Shown in pieces: positions 42,091-55,485 of a stretch of DNA of 64,000 bases. Origin of the DNA: the human T2T-CHM13v2.0 reference genome, Homo sapiens; the NCBI RefSeq assembly GCF_009914755.1, contig NC_060938.1; one strand, given 5' to 3'. The notes under the pieces are model-generated. The model was not told where the DNA came from. It ran no database searches and worked only from the letters and a program-made list of their open reading frames with translations. The first letter of the stretch is position 1. Each line of letters starts with the position of its first letter. Made by a program: the position numbers and the translations under genes.

Positions 42091-42994
42091 AATTAAAATT
42101 TTGAAATAATTGACTAAAAATAAAATAAAGTGCATTTTGTATAGACAGGAGATGCTTGGCTCACTTTTTTATCCAGCCTGTAACTTTTAATTGGAAGTTT
42201 AGATAATTTATATCTAATGTATTTATAATTTTGATTAGACTTAAGCTTATCCTGCTATTTGTTTTCCATTAGTTCTATCTGTTCTCTGTTATCTTTATCC
42301 TCTTTTCAGCCTTCTTTTGGATTACTTGAATATTTTTTATTATGTCGTTTTTATCTGCTTTTTTGGCTTGGTAGGTCTCATTGTTCTATTATTTTTGTGA
42401 TTGCTTTAAGAATTACAGTATACATCTTTAATGTATCACAATCTACCTTTAATGATAGATATTATACCATTTCACGTCTAATATAGGAAACTTGCACTAG
42501 TACGCTTCTATTTTCTCCTTATGACCTTTGTGCTATTGTTGTCATACATTTTTCTTCTATAAATGTATAAAACCAACAATATGTTGTCATTCTTTTTATA
42601 TTTAAGATGTGTAAACAATTTTTAAAATCTTACATATTTACCATGTAGTTACCATTTAAGATACTCTTCATTCTTTTGTGTATATCCATATTTCTACATG
42701 GTACAATTTTCCTTCTACTTGACATTTTCTTTAACATTTCCTGTAGTGCAGGTCTGTTGGTCATGAACTCCTTCAGCTTTTGTATTTCTAAAAACCTTTT
42801 AATTTTTACCCTCATTTTTAAAGATATTTTCACTAAGATAGAATTCTAGGTTGCAGGTTTTTTATTTTAGTACTTTAAAGATGTTGCTCCACTGTCTCTT
42901 TGCTTTTTCCTCACTGTTTCCAATAAGAAATGTGCTATTATTTTTATCTTTTTTCCTATGTACATAATTTCCCACCCCTGACCTCTGGCTGCTT

Positions 42995-43130
42995 TTTTTT
43001 TTCTTGTTTTTGGGGGGATGGGGCTTTGCCATGTTGCTGAGGCTGGTCTTGAACTCCTGGGCTCCAGCAATCCTCCCACCTCAACCTCCCAAGTAGCTGG
43101 GATTACAGATGTGCACTACCAAGGCTGGCT
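42995..43130 (-). mobile_element. FLAM (Alu monomer)
   Basis: Minus-strand monomer flanked by repeated CCTCTGGCTGCTTTT. Confidence 0.8.
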
Positions 43131-43984
43131 CTCCTCTGGCTGCTTTTAAGATTTTTCTCTTATCATCGATTTTGAGTAATTTGATTATGATGTGCTTTGG
43201 AATAGTTTTCCTTAGGTTTCTTGTGCTTGGACTTCGTTAAGTTTCTTAGGTGAGTTTACAGTTTTTATCAAACTTAGAAAAACATTTAGCTGTTATTGCT
43301 TCAAATATTTTTTCTGTTCCCTCTCTCTCTTCTCTTTGGAACTCCAATTATCCGTATTACTCATATATTAGACCACTTTGAATTTGTCCTACAGCTCACT
43401 GATGCTCTTTTATTTGGGTTTATTGTAAGTGAAATGTTGTATTGGTGCACAGTGTTCCATAAAATGAAAGGTTGCTATCTTTGTTCCTCTTAGAAAGAGA
43501 AAATACCCTATCAGATTCTCTGTCAGAGCTTGCCTCCAGCTTCTGCTAAAAGTGCTTCTCAGTATTAACTATTTTTCCAATTTCTTCCTTGTGGTAAAAT
43601 ACATATAACACAAAATTTACCATCTCAACAATTTTCAAGTATACAGTTCAGTGGTATTAAATACGTTTTCAATGTTGTGCAGCCATCCATCTCCAGAACT
43701 CTTTTCATTGTGTACAACTAAAACTCTATAACCATTAAACAGTAACTCCCCATTTCCACCTTCCTCTAGCCCCTGGCAACCACTATCCTATTTTCTGTCT
43801 CTGTGATTTTGACTACTCTAAGTACCTCATACAGGTGGAATCATACAGTATTTTTTTTGTATGATAGGCTTTGTGTGATGGGCTTATTTTGCTGAACATA
43901 ATGTTCTCAAAGTTCATCCATTTTGTAGCATATATCAGAATTCCCTTCCTTTTTAAAGCCAAATAATAATCCATTATATGTATA

Positions 43985-44314
43985 CAGTTGTTCATCCATA
44001 TCCATGGGTTCTGCATGCATGGATTCAACCAACCACAGATAAAAATATTTGAAAACAATTGCGTATGTACTTAACATGCACAGACTTTTTCCTTGTCATT
44101 ATTCCCTAAACAATACAGTATACCTATTTATATAATGTTTACATTATATTAGGTATTATAAGTAATCTAGAGATGATTTAAAGTACATGGGAGGAAGTGT
44201 ATAAGTTGTATGCAAATAATACACTATTTTACATTGGGGACTTGAACATCTGTGGGTTTTTTTATCCACAGGAGGTCCTGGAACCAATCCCCCATGTATA
44301 CCAACGGACAACCT
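43985..44314 (-). mobile_element. MER2 (TcMar-Tigger non-autonomous element)
   Basis: CAGTTG...ATCCATGGGTTCTGCAT...GGATTCAACCAACC and GTCCTGGAACCAATCCCCCA; TA flanks. Confidence 0.88.
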
Positions 44315-45100
44315 TATACATTTTATTTCTTCATTCATCTATCAGTGGACACTTGGGTTGCTTCCACATTTCAGCTATTGTGAATAATGCTGCTATTAAC
44401 ATGGTTGTATAAACATTTCTTTGTGAATCTACTTTCAGTTATTTTAGATACATACCCAGAAGTGGAATTGCTGAATCAAATGGTAATTCTATTTTTAATG
44501 TTTTGACAGATTGCCATACTGTTTCCCACAGTGGCTGTACCATTTTACATTCCCACCAAGATGGTACAAGGGCTCTAATTTCTCCACATTCTTGCCAACA
44601 CTTCTCATTTTGTGTTTTTTAAAATAGCCATGTAATGGGTGTGAGATGGTGTTTCATCATAATTTTGATTTGCATTTCCCCAATGATTAGTTACGTTGAG
44701 CATCTTTTCATGTGCTTATTGGCCATCTGTATATCTTCTTTAAAGTAATATCTATTTGAGTCCTTTGCCCATTTTTTGAAGCAGGTTGTTTGGTTTTGTT
44801 TGTCTTGAGTTTGAGGAGTTCTGTATATGTTCTGAACATTAATATCTTATCAAATATATGATTTGCAAAATAGCTGTTGATTGCCTCTTGATGCACACAA
44901 TTTTTCAATTATTATAAAGTCTAATAAGTCTATGTTTTCTTTTGTTGCCTGTGCTTTTTGTGTCATATCCAAGAAATCACTGCTAAATTCAATGTCATGA
45001 AGATTTTGCCCTGTCTCTTTTAAGAGTCTTATAATTGTAGGCCTTACAAGTAGGTAATCCATTTCGAGTTAATTTTTGTATATAGTTTTAGGTAAGGATC

Positions 45101-45513
45101 TGACATAATTTGGATATTTGTTCCCTCTAAATCTAATACTAAAATGTGATCCTCGATGTTGGAGGTGAGACCTAGCGCGAGATGCTTGAGTCACGAGGGC
45201 AGATCCCTCATGAATGTCTTTGTGCCCTCCTCATGGTAATGAGTGAGCTCTTGCTCTATTAGTCACCATGAGATCTGATTGTTAAAAAGAGCCTGGCACT
45301 TTCTCCTCTCTCTCTTGCTCTCTCTCTTGTCATTTGACACACTAGCTCCTGTTTCCCTTCTGCCATGAGTAAAAACTTCCGTAGGTCTCACCAGAAGCAG
45401 AAGCTGGTGCCATGCTTCTGTATGAACTGCAGAGCCATAAGTCAAACCTCTTTTTTTTATAAATTACCCAGCCTCAGATATTCCTTTATAGCAATGCAAA
45501 ACAGACTAATACA
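45101..45513 (+). mobile_element. MSTB-type MaLR solo LTR
   Basis: TG...CA termini, GCAGATCCCTCATGAATG, ATAAATTACCCAGCCTCAG, GACTAATACA; 5-bp TSD-like GGATC/GAGTC. Confidence 0.88.
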
Positions 45514-47696
45514 GAGTCCAACTTTATTCTACTGTATGTGACTATCCAGTTTTCCCAGCACCATTTGTTGAAAAGACAGCCTTTTCTCTACTGAGTGGTC
45601 TGACACCCTTGCTGAATCTAATTTGACCATATATGCAAGGGTCTCTTCCTAGGCTCTGTATTCTATTTCATTGGTCTTTATGTTTTTCTTTATGCCAGAC
45701 TAAAGTGTTTTGATTACTGTAGCTTTGTAATAAGTTTTGAAAACAAGAAGTGAAATCAGGAGTGCTCCAGCTTTGTTTTCAGTATTGCTTTTTGTTTTCA
45801 GTATTGTTTTAGCTGTTGGGGTCCCTTGAGATTCCATACAAATTTTAGGATGGGTTTTTTCTACTTCTGCAAAAACATAATTGGGATTTTAATCAAGATT
45901 GCATTTAATCTGTAGATTATTTTGAGTAGTATTGACATCTTAACAATATTAATTCTTCCAGTCGTGAACACGGGATGTGCTTTTATTTATTTATGTCTTT
46001 AATTTCTTTCAGCAATATTTTGTAGTTTTCATTGTACAAGTCTTTCACTTCTTTGGTTAAGTTAATTCTTAAGTATTTTATTTTTTTCAATGCTATTACA
46101 AATGGAATTATTTTCTTAATTTTCTTTTTGGATTATTCAATGTTAGTGTATAGAAATGCAACTGATTTTTGCTTATTGACTTTGTATCCTGTTCTTTGCT
46201 GGGTTTATTAGTTCTAAAAGGTTTTTTGGTGGAATCTTTATGATTTTCTACCTATAAGACCATATCATATTGAAGCAGATCATTTTACTTCTTTTCTAAT
46301 TTAAATTGTCTTACTTGTTTTTCTTGCTTAATTTCTCTGGCTAGGACTTCCAGTAACTACATTGAACAGAAATGACAAAATGAGCATCTTAACCTTATTC
46401 CAGATCTTAGATAAAAAGCTTTTAGTCTTTCACTATTGAGTATGACATTCACTGTGAGTTTTTTTGTATATGGATTTTATTATGTTGAGGTAATTTCCTT
46501 CTATTCCTAGTTTTTTATGTTTTTGTCATGAAAGCATGTTGAATTTTGTCCGGTGCTTTTTCTGGACCAATTGAGATGACCAGGTTGGGTTTTTCCCTTC
46601 ATTCTGTTAATGTTGTGTATTATATTGATCAATTTTCATATGTTAAAGCATCCTTGCATTCTAGGAATAAATCCCACTTGGTCATGATGTATAATCTTTT
46701 TAATATGCTGCTGAATTCATTGTCAGTTCTGGCTTGGATTTAATTAATTTCTCTCCTCATTATAGGTTGTATTTTTCTGCTCTTTTGCATGCCTGTTAAT
46801 TTTTGCTTAGATGACAAACATTGCAAATTTTATCTGATTAAGTGCTGGATATTTTCTCAGTCCTATAAAGAGCCTTCAACTTTGTTTTAGGATGCTGTTG
46901 AGGTCCTCAGAAATATTGTGATCCTTTTGGGTCTTCCTTTTAAGACTTGTTAGATAGACTAGAGCATTGCACAGTCTGGGTCTAATTACTTCCCACTCCT
47001 GAGGCAAAATCTTTCTGTGTGCTCTATCAATGCCCAATGAATACTTAAGGCTGTCCAGTATAGCTATTTGGAAATGGCACTATTCCCAGCCCAGTGTGAG
47101 CACTAAGTACTATTATCTCTAATCCTTTGGGTGGTTCTTTCCCCAGCCTCTGATAGTCCTCTCACATGCATGCACTGATCAACACCCAGCTAAATACTCA
47201 AGGGATACCCTGCTCAGATCTCTGGAGTTCTGTCTCTATGCAGCTCTCTCCTCTTAGGTCCTCTGTCCTGCTAACACTAGGAAGCACCTCGCCTTCCTCA
47301 GACTCTCAGCTCCATCTCCTCAACTCAGAGAGTCCACCAAGCTCCACCTAAGAAACTCCCAAGGCAGCAAGCTGGGGTAATAATAGGGTTTGCCCCATTT
47401 ATTTCTCATGTCTCAAACATGACTATCCTTTGGTGCCTGATTCTCTCATCATTTCATATATTTTGTCCATTCTTTGGATGATTCAGGTGGTAGGATATAT
47501 CTGATTCCTGTTTTTCGATGTTTATTAGTAGTCCCTGGCTATTCTTATTTAACGTGATTATTGATATATTTGGTTTAAAATATATTAGTAATTACTGACA
47601 TATTTGGGTTTAATAATTCTTTACAGTCTTTCACTTGACCTATATGCCTTTTTCTCTTTGACTATCTACTTTTGAATGAATTATTTTTTTATTCCA

Positions 47697-48021
<325 letters not shown>

Positions 48022-48226
48022 TGAGCTTGAAAGTTATGCAATCTTGTATTATTCTTTTAATAGTTGCCTTAGAGGTTGATTATAACATGCTTCTGGACTT
48101 ATTATGTCTAATAATAAATGATAATTTTATGAGAATGCAAAAATCTTACAATATTTTAACTCCATCTATTCTCTCACAAATTATAGGCCAAGTTGCCACA
48201 CATTTTCATTCTATTCATATTTTTAA

Positions 48227-48610
<384 letters not shown>

Positions 48611-49499
48611 TGACACTTTTAGTTGCACTTCATGCCTTCCTGCATCTCTGACCTCTTGCCTGGGTTCATCCTTTGACCTGAAGATACCTTTTAATATTTT
48701 CTTTTTTGTAAAACCCAATTGTATTGGTTCTGGAAGTATTCTCTTTAGTGTAGTTCTTCTCATGCCAAACATCTATATGAAGATATCTTTATCTTTAGTC
48801 TTGAAGAATATTTTCTTTTCATAGAAAATCCCAGTTTAGCAGCTATTTTTCTTGCAGCACTCTAAAAACATTGTTCTAATGCTGTTGACTTCCTTTATTT
48901 CTGTTGAAAATCAGCTATAAGCATAAGGAAAAGGGGTGGGCGTCCAGGACCCACCAAAGGTAGGCTCTGGGACCTCTCTTGCTTGGGGTGGGGACTAGTG
49001 GTCTTGGTGTAAGGGCAACCCAGAAGCATTCTAGCCTTCTTGAGTTGGAGAAGTAAAGTGCACCTTTGAATCATCACACTTCCTAAAACTGGATTAAGGC
49101 AACCATAGAGTTCTGGTGCCCCCTGGTGCCTGGCAGAGCCAACTTATCTCACACCTGGAGGGAGATCTCCTACATCTTGATGTATTTCTACAATAAGCCA
49201 ATGAATGCCCTATCACACAATAAGCACATAAGGAGACAAGACAGACTCTGTAGGCAAACAAAACAGAATGGTCCACAGTCACCCAGATAACGGAATTATG
49301 ATACACAGATCTCAAAATAAATATGCATTCTTTGTTTATGGAGGAAAAAGACAAGATTGAGAATTTTGGCAGAGATCTGAAAACTGTTAAAAAGAAAAAA
49401 AGAAGAAGAAGAAGAAGAAAGAAAAAAGAAAGTTACATCCAGTGCCTCTTAAGACCTGGGCAGACTCTTTGGTCGCCTTGTTCTGGAGCCCTTGGCTGT

Positions 49500-49828
49500 G
49501 TGTTGACCACCTCAGGGTTCCATAGCAAAATTCCACAGGCTGGGTGGCTTACATAACAGATTTTGCACAGTTCTGGAGGCTGAGAAGCCCAAAGTCAAAG
49601 TGTCGGCAGATTTAGTTCCTGGTGGGGGTCTTCTTGGGGGTTTGCAGATGGCCAGCTTCTTGCTGTGTCTGCACATGGTGGAGAGCCAGGGCTCTGGTCT
49701 TATTAGGGGTCTAATCCTATCATGGCGGCTCCACCCTCATGACCTCATCTGAGCCTAATTTCCTCCCACTGAGGGTTAGGGCTCCAACACGTGAATGTCG
49801 GAGGAACACAAACATTCGGTCCATAGCA
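49500..49828 (-). mobile_element. MLT1A-type MaLR LTR
   Basis: CCACAGGCTGGGTGGCTT...TTCTGGAGGCTGAGAAG...AACATTCGGTCCATAGCA. Confidence 0.8.
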
Positions 49829-50157
49829 GCCATCTGTTTTGCTTCCACCACCCCGCTGGTCACCAGTTCTGTGTGGGCACCGCCTGACTCCACAGGGAGT
49901 GGGCAGCGCATTTCACCCTAAGCCTGCGGTGGATGCCGCTTGTCTCCTACCTCGGGCCTTCCCTGTTGCCAACAAGGCGAGAAACACCCCAGGATTCGCT
50001 CAGTACCCACGCCTGTGCGATCCGGTAACCTGAGGTATTCATGCTCCACGGGGTGAACCCCTGATAAATGGGATTTGGCACTGACTGGTAAATAAATTAT
50101 TCCCCATTCCTCCTCCCAAACAGAATGTGCTGAGAGTCTGTCATTTTACAGCCTCTT

Positions 50158-50454
50158 TTTTTTTTTTGTTTTGACAGGGTCTCCCTCTGTCGCCCAGGCT
50201 GGAGTGCAATGGCGCCATCTCAGGTCAATGCAAGCCAACTCTCGTGTTTGAGTGATTCTCCTGCCTCAGCCTCCTGAGTAGCTGGGATCACAGGCACCCG
50301 CCACCACTTCCGGCTAACTTTTGTATTTTTTTCAGTAGAGGTGGGGTTTCACCTTATTGGTCAGGCTGGTCTCCAATTCCTGACCTCAGGTGATCCGCCC
50401 GCCTCGGCCTCCCAAAGTGCTGGGATTACAGGCCTAAGCCACCACACCAGGCCG
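50158..50454 (-). mobile_element. AluS
   Basis: TSD TTTTACAGCCTCTT at 50144-50157 and 50455-50468. Confidence 0.93.
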
Positions 50455-50631
50455 TTTTACAGCCTCTTAGAAAGTACGTCTCTGAGAAGTGGTCATCAGT
50501 CACACTTGTCTGCAGCCCTGTCTCTGCCGTATCTGTGTCTCTCCCCTTCTTCCTCACTGCGCCCCCTGGATTTCACTCTCTAATCAAACAGGAGCGCTGC
50601 CCTTGCTTCGCACTCTGCCTTCCAGGGGAAT

Positions 50632-51135
50632 CTGTTACCTAGGGAGGCCATGAGGATGCACCACAGCTGGAGGGCTTCACACAGCAGGAATTCATTGTCC
50701 CAAAGTTCTGGAAGCCGAAGTGCAAAATCAAGAAGTCAGCCAGGCTGTGCTCCCTCTGCAGCGTCTAGGGAGAATTCTTCCTGCCTCTTCCAGCTTCCGG
50801 TGGATCCCAACATTCTTCAGCTTCTGGCGGACCCCAACATTCCTCAGCTTCTGGCCGCATCCCTCCCATCTCTGCCTCAATCTTCACGCGGCGTTATCAC
50901 CTGCATGTTTCCCTGTCGTCTTCCCTGTATGTCTGTCTATCTATGTCCAAATTTCCCCTTTTTATAAGGAAGGACCCCAGTCATATGGAATTATGGTCCA
51001 CCCTAATAACTTCATGTTGACGGACTACCTCTGTAAAGACCCAATTTCCAAATAAGGTCACATTCTGAGGCACTGGGGGTTGGGGTTTTGACATATCTTT
51101 TTGTAGAGGACACAATTCAATGAAATCCAATCACT
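50632..51135 (-). mobile_element. MLT1C/D-type MaLR LTR with an internal 27-bp tandem duplication (50791-50855)
   Basis: GTTCTGGAAGCC..AAATCAAG, CCTGCCTCTTCCAGCTTC, AAATAAGGTCACATTCTGAGG; CAGCTTC.GG.GGA.CCCAACATTC.T repeated. Confidence 0.8.
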
Positions 51136-52503
51136 AGGGAACGCTGGCTAAGACAAAAATAGAGTAAAAATCCCATAACTAAATAATAATAAAATAACTG
51201 AAATTACAAACTTAATTGATTAGCTTAATAGTGAGTTAGACTGGGCTAAAGATGGGCCGGGAGACAGAATCCAGAATAAAGCATGGAATAAAATAGGGAA
51301 TTTGGGGGCATACTGAGGACAAAAACAAAAAGAATAGGGGAAAACCAAAAAAGCTGCTAAAAGAAAGAGAAGATAAAGAAGGACTGAGGCATATGTCGAC
51401 CTTTTTCATATATGTAAAGAAAATACATGGGTGAGGGGGCAAAACGGTAATTGAACAATACATGTTAATGGAATCAAATTATAATGGAAGAGATAACACC
51501 CTAGAATTTACCCAAAGTGTTGAAAGAGATCAAGCACAGATTTAAGAAACTTTAAAAACCCGAGCAGAAAAAGTACAAGAAATGCATACCTGGATATAGC
51601 ATGGTAGAACTGCAGAAAACTAAAGAAAAAGAGAAAATATCAAAAGCAGACTATAAAAGATATATTACTTTCCAAAAAAGCATCATTCAGCCTCTCAGTA
51701 CCTCCCACACTGAATTGGCAGTTTCTTCTGAGAGGAGAAGCAACCCAAAATGGTTTGTCACGTCTGCCAAATTTGGGGCCAGTATTTCTTCACTATTTTA
51801 TTATGTCCTAATACCTTCAAGTAGATTTCTTATTTAGCTTTTCTGGCTGTCTTCAAAAGAAGAGCTAAATTACCTACATTTCATGTTTACCAGAAGCTAA
51901 GGTGCAAATTAATTTTAATGCTTAAAATATCTAAATGATGGCATCCCCTATAAAAGTGTTCTAGGCCGAAATGATTTTACAAATTAGTTTTAGATTACAT
52001 TCCAATAAGGATAATTTTTATGTTAGTCAAAGTATTCCAAGCCATAGAAAAAAATTAGAAATTTCCTCAATTCAATTTATGATGCTAACACACCTTAATA
52101 TCAAAACTTTCTTAAGTTATTTCAAAAAATAAATGAACAGTTTTCATTTCTTATGATAGATGGAAAAAACAAATATATATTAAAATCATACACTATGGTC
52201 AAGTAGTTTTTATTCTAGGAAAAGAAAGATATGTCAATATAAGACACAGCCACACAGAGACTACACAGCTGCGTTCTCACTGGTGACAGAACCACTGCAC
52301 ACCACCAGCAAGCACCCTTCTACCTCCCTGTAGGGGAAGGTCTTTCCATAGTGAAATCAGTCTGTGAAGTCTGCAAGAGGTGACTCCATCAAATATGCAG
52401 ACATCAATGAAAGGCAACAAGAAACATGTAAAACCAAGGAGATATATCACCAACAAAAGAACACAATAATCTCCCAAAACTGACCACAAATAAATGAAAA
52501 AAA

Positions 52504-52565
52504 GCCACTGCACTCCAGCCTGGGCGCAGAGCAAGACTCCATCTAAAAAAAAAAAAAAAAGAAAG
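52504..52565 (+). mobile_element. Severely 5'-truncated Alu (~40 nt body plus poly(A))
   Basis: GCCACTGCACTCCAGCCTGGGCGCAGAGCAAGACTCCATCT + An; TSD AAATGAAAAAAA at 52492-52503 and 52566-52577. Confidence 0.88.
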
Positions 52566-54424
52566 AAATGAAAAAAAACTGACAAATAATTCAAAATTCA
52601 AAATAATTTAAGGAAGCTCAGCAAACTTCAAAAAATACAGAGAAGTAATTCAGTGAAATCAGAAGAACAATAAGCAACCAAAATGAGAAATGTAACAGAA
52701 AGATTGAAATTTTTTTTAAAAAAAAGCAAACAGAAATTCTGGCACAGAAGAATACAATGAATGAAATTTTAAAATGTAATAGAAAGCATCAGTGACAGAA
52801 TGATCAAGCAGAAGAAAGAATCTGTGAACTTGAAGACAGATTATTTGAAAATATACAGTCAGAGGAGAAAAAAGAGTGAAAAAGAATGATGAAAACTTAT
52901 GGGACTTTGGGGAGAGTATCAAAAGAGCAAATGTTCACATTATAGAAGTTCAAGAAGAAGAGAGAAATAAAGGGGAAGGAAACTTATTTAAAGAAATAAT
53001 AGCAGAAAACCTTCCAAACCTGGGGAGCAATATAAATATCCAGGTACAAGAAGGTTAAAGATCTCCAATCTGATTCAATCAAAACAAGACTACTCCTGAG
53101 ACATAATCAATTTGTCAAAAACCAAAGACAAAGAAAGGATCCTAAAAGCTGCAAAAGAAAAGAAACAAATCACATGTAAAGAAGTTCCAGTAAGGCTAAC
53201 AGTGGATTTCTCAGCAGAAACCTTACAAACCAGGAGAGAGTGGGATGATATATTCAAAGTGCTGAAGGGAAAAAAAAAAACTTCCAACCAAAAATACTTT
53301 ACCCAGAAAAGCTATTCTTCAGAGATAAAAGAGAGATAAAGACTTTCCCAGGCAAATTAAAGTTGAGGGAGTTTATCACCACCAGACCTGTCTTACAAGA
53401 AATGCTAAAGGGAGTTCTTCAAGCTGAACAAAAGTATGCTAATTAGTAGCACAAAAACATACAAAAGCAAAAACCTCAGTGGTAAAAGTACGTAGTACAC
53501 AGTCAAATTCAGAATACTCTAACATTGTAATGGTGGTGTGTAAATTATTGTTAGTATATAGGTTAAAAGACAAAATTGTTTTAAAATATATTAATTTGCT
53601 AAAGGATATACCATATTAAAAGGTGCAAATTGTGACATCAATAAATCAAATATGGGGAGGTGAAGTCTAGAGTTGTTGTACGCAAAGTTAAGTTTTTTAT
53701 TAGCTTAAAACAGCCTATTATAAGATGTTTTATACAAAGCAAAAACCTATAGTAGATACACAAAAAAGAAAGAGAAAGAAATCAAAGCCTACCTCTAAAG
53801 AAAATCATCAAATCACAAAGGAGGACAGCAAGAGAGGAACAAAGAAATAAAAACTCCACAAAACAGCCATAAATAAGTTAACAAATGGCAGTAGTAAGTC
53901 CTTACCTATCAATAATTACCTTAAGTGGAAATAGATTAAAATATCCAATCAAAAAACAGAATGTTGTATGGGTTTTTTTTAAGGACCCAACTATATGCTG
54001 CCTACAAGAGACTCACTTAACCTAAAAAGACACACAGATTGAAAGTGAGAGGATGGAAAAAGATATTCATGCAAATGAAAACCAAAAGAGAGCAGGGGAA
54101 GCTATACTTATAACAGATAAAATAGAATTTAAGCCAAAAAACTGTAAATTGAGACAAAGAAGGTCATTATGTAATGATATAAAGGGATTGATACCTCAAG
54201 GAGATATAACAATTATGAATACATAGGTATCCAACATCAGACCACTTTAATATATAAAGCAAATATTAATAGATCCGAAGAGAGAGACAGACTGCAGTAT
54301 GATAATAGTAGGGAATTTCAATGCTACACTCTCAACAATTCACAAATCATCCAGACAGAAAATCAATAAGGAAACATTGGCTTGAACTATACTTTAGATC
54401 AAATGAACCAAACAGACACATATT

Positions 54425-54488
54425 TTAGGTTGGTGCAAAAGTAATTGCATTAATGGCAAAAACCTCAATTACTTTTGCACCAACCTAA
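54425..54488. mobile_element. MADE1 (Hsmar1-derived MITE), internally shortened to 64 bp
   Basis: Perfect 23-bp TIRs TTAGGTTGGTGCAAAAGTAATTG / CAATTACTTTTGCACCAACCTAA. Confidence 0.95.
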
Positions 54489-55143
54489 ATAGAACTTTTC
54501 ATTCAACAGCAGCAGAATACCCATTCTTCTCAAGAGCATACGCATGGAAAATTCTCTAGGATATATCATATGTTAGGCCACAAAACAAATCTTAACAAAT
54601 TTATGAAGATTGGAACCATTTCAGACCCCAGTGGTATAAAACTAGAAATTAATAATAGAGGAAATTTTAGGAAATTCACAAACATGTGGAAATGAAACAA
54701 CATGCTCCTAAACAAGGGGTCAAAGAAGAAATTAAAAGGAAAATTGTTTTAATATCTTAAGACAAAAGAAAATGGAAGTTCAACATACCAAAAGCAATCC
54801 TAAGAGCAACAAATGCCTACATCAAAAAAGAAAAGGAAAGATCCCAAATAAACAACCTCACATTACATGTCAAAGGACTAGAAAAAGAACAAACTATGCC
54901 CAAAGACAATAGAAGAAAGGAAATTAAGATAAAGATCAGAGCTGAAATAAGTGAAATAGACACTAGAAGAACAACAGAAAGATCAACAAGCAAAGATTTG
55001 TTTTTTGAAAAGAGGAATAAAATTGACAAACCTGTAGCTACAGTAAGAAAAAAGAGAAGACTAAAATAAATAAAATAACAAATGAAAGAGGATACATTAC
55101 AACTGAATCACAGAAATACAAAGGACTAAAAGAGACTATTATG

Positions 55144-55485
<342 letters not shown>

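Larger units (their letters stand above)
43570..46720 (-). mobile_element. L1MB-type element (3' end plus ORF2), interrupted by MER2 and MSTB
   Basis: Minus-strand 3'UTR (GTGGTAAAATACATATAACAC...AGTATACAGTTCAGTGG) and ORF2 remnants. Confidence 0.88.
49830..51155 (+). mobile_element. Old ERVL LTR (LTR16-like), interrupted by an Alu and an MLT1
   Basis: AACCCCTGATAAATGGG, CTCTGCCTTCCAGGGGAA and terminal GGCTAAGACA resemble LTR16-family ends. Confidence 0.5.
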
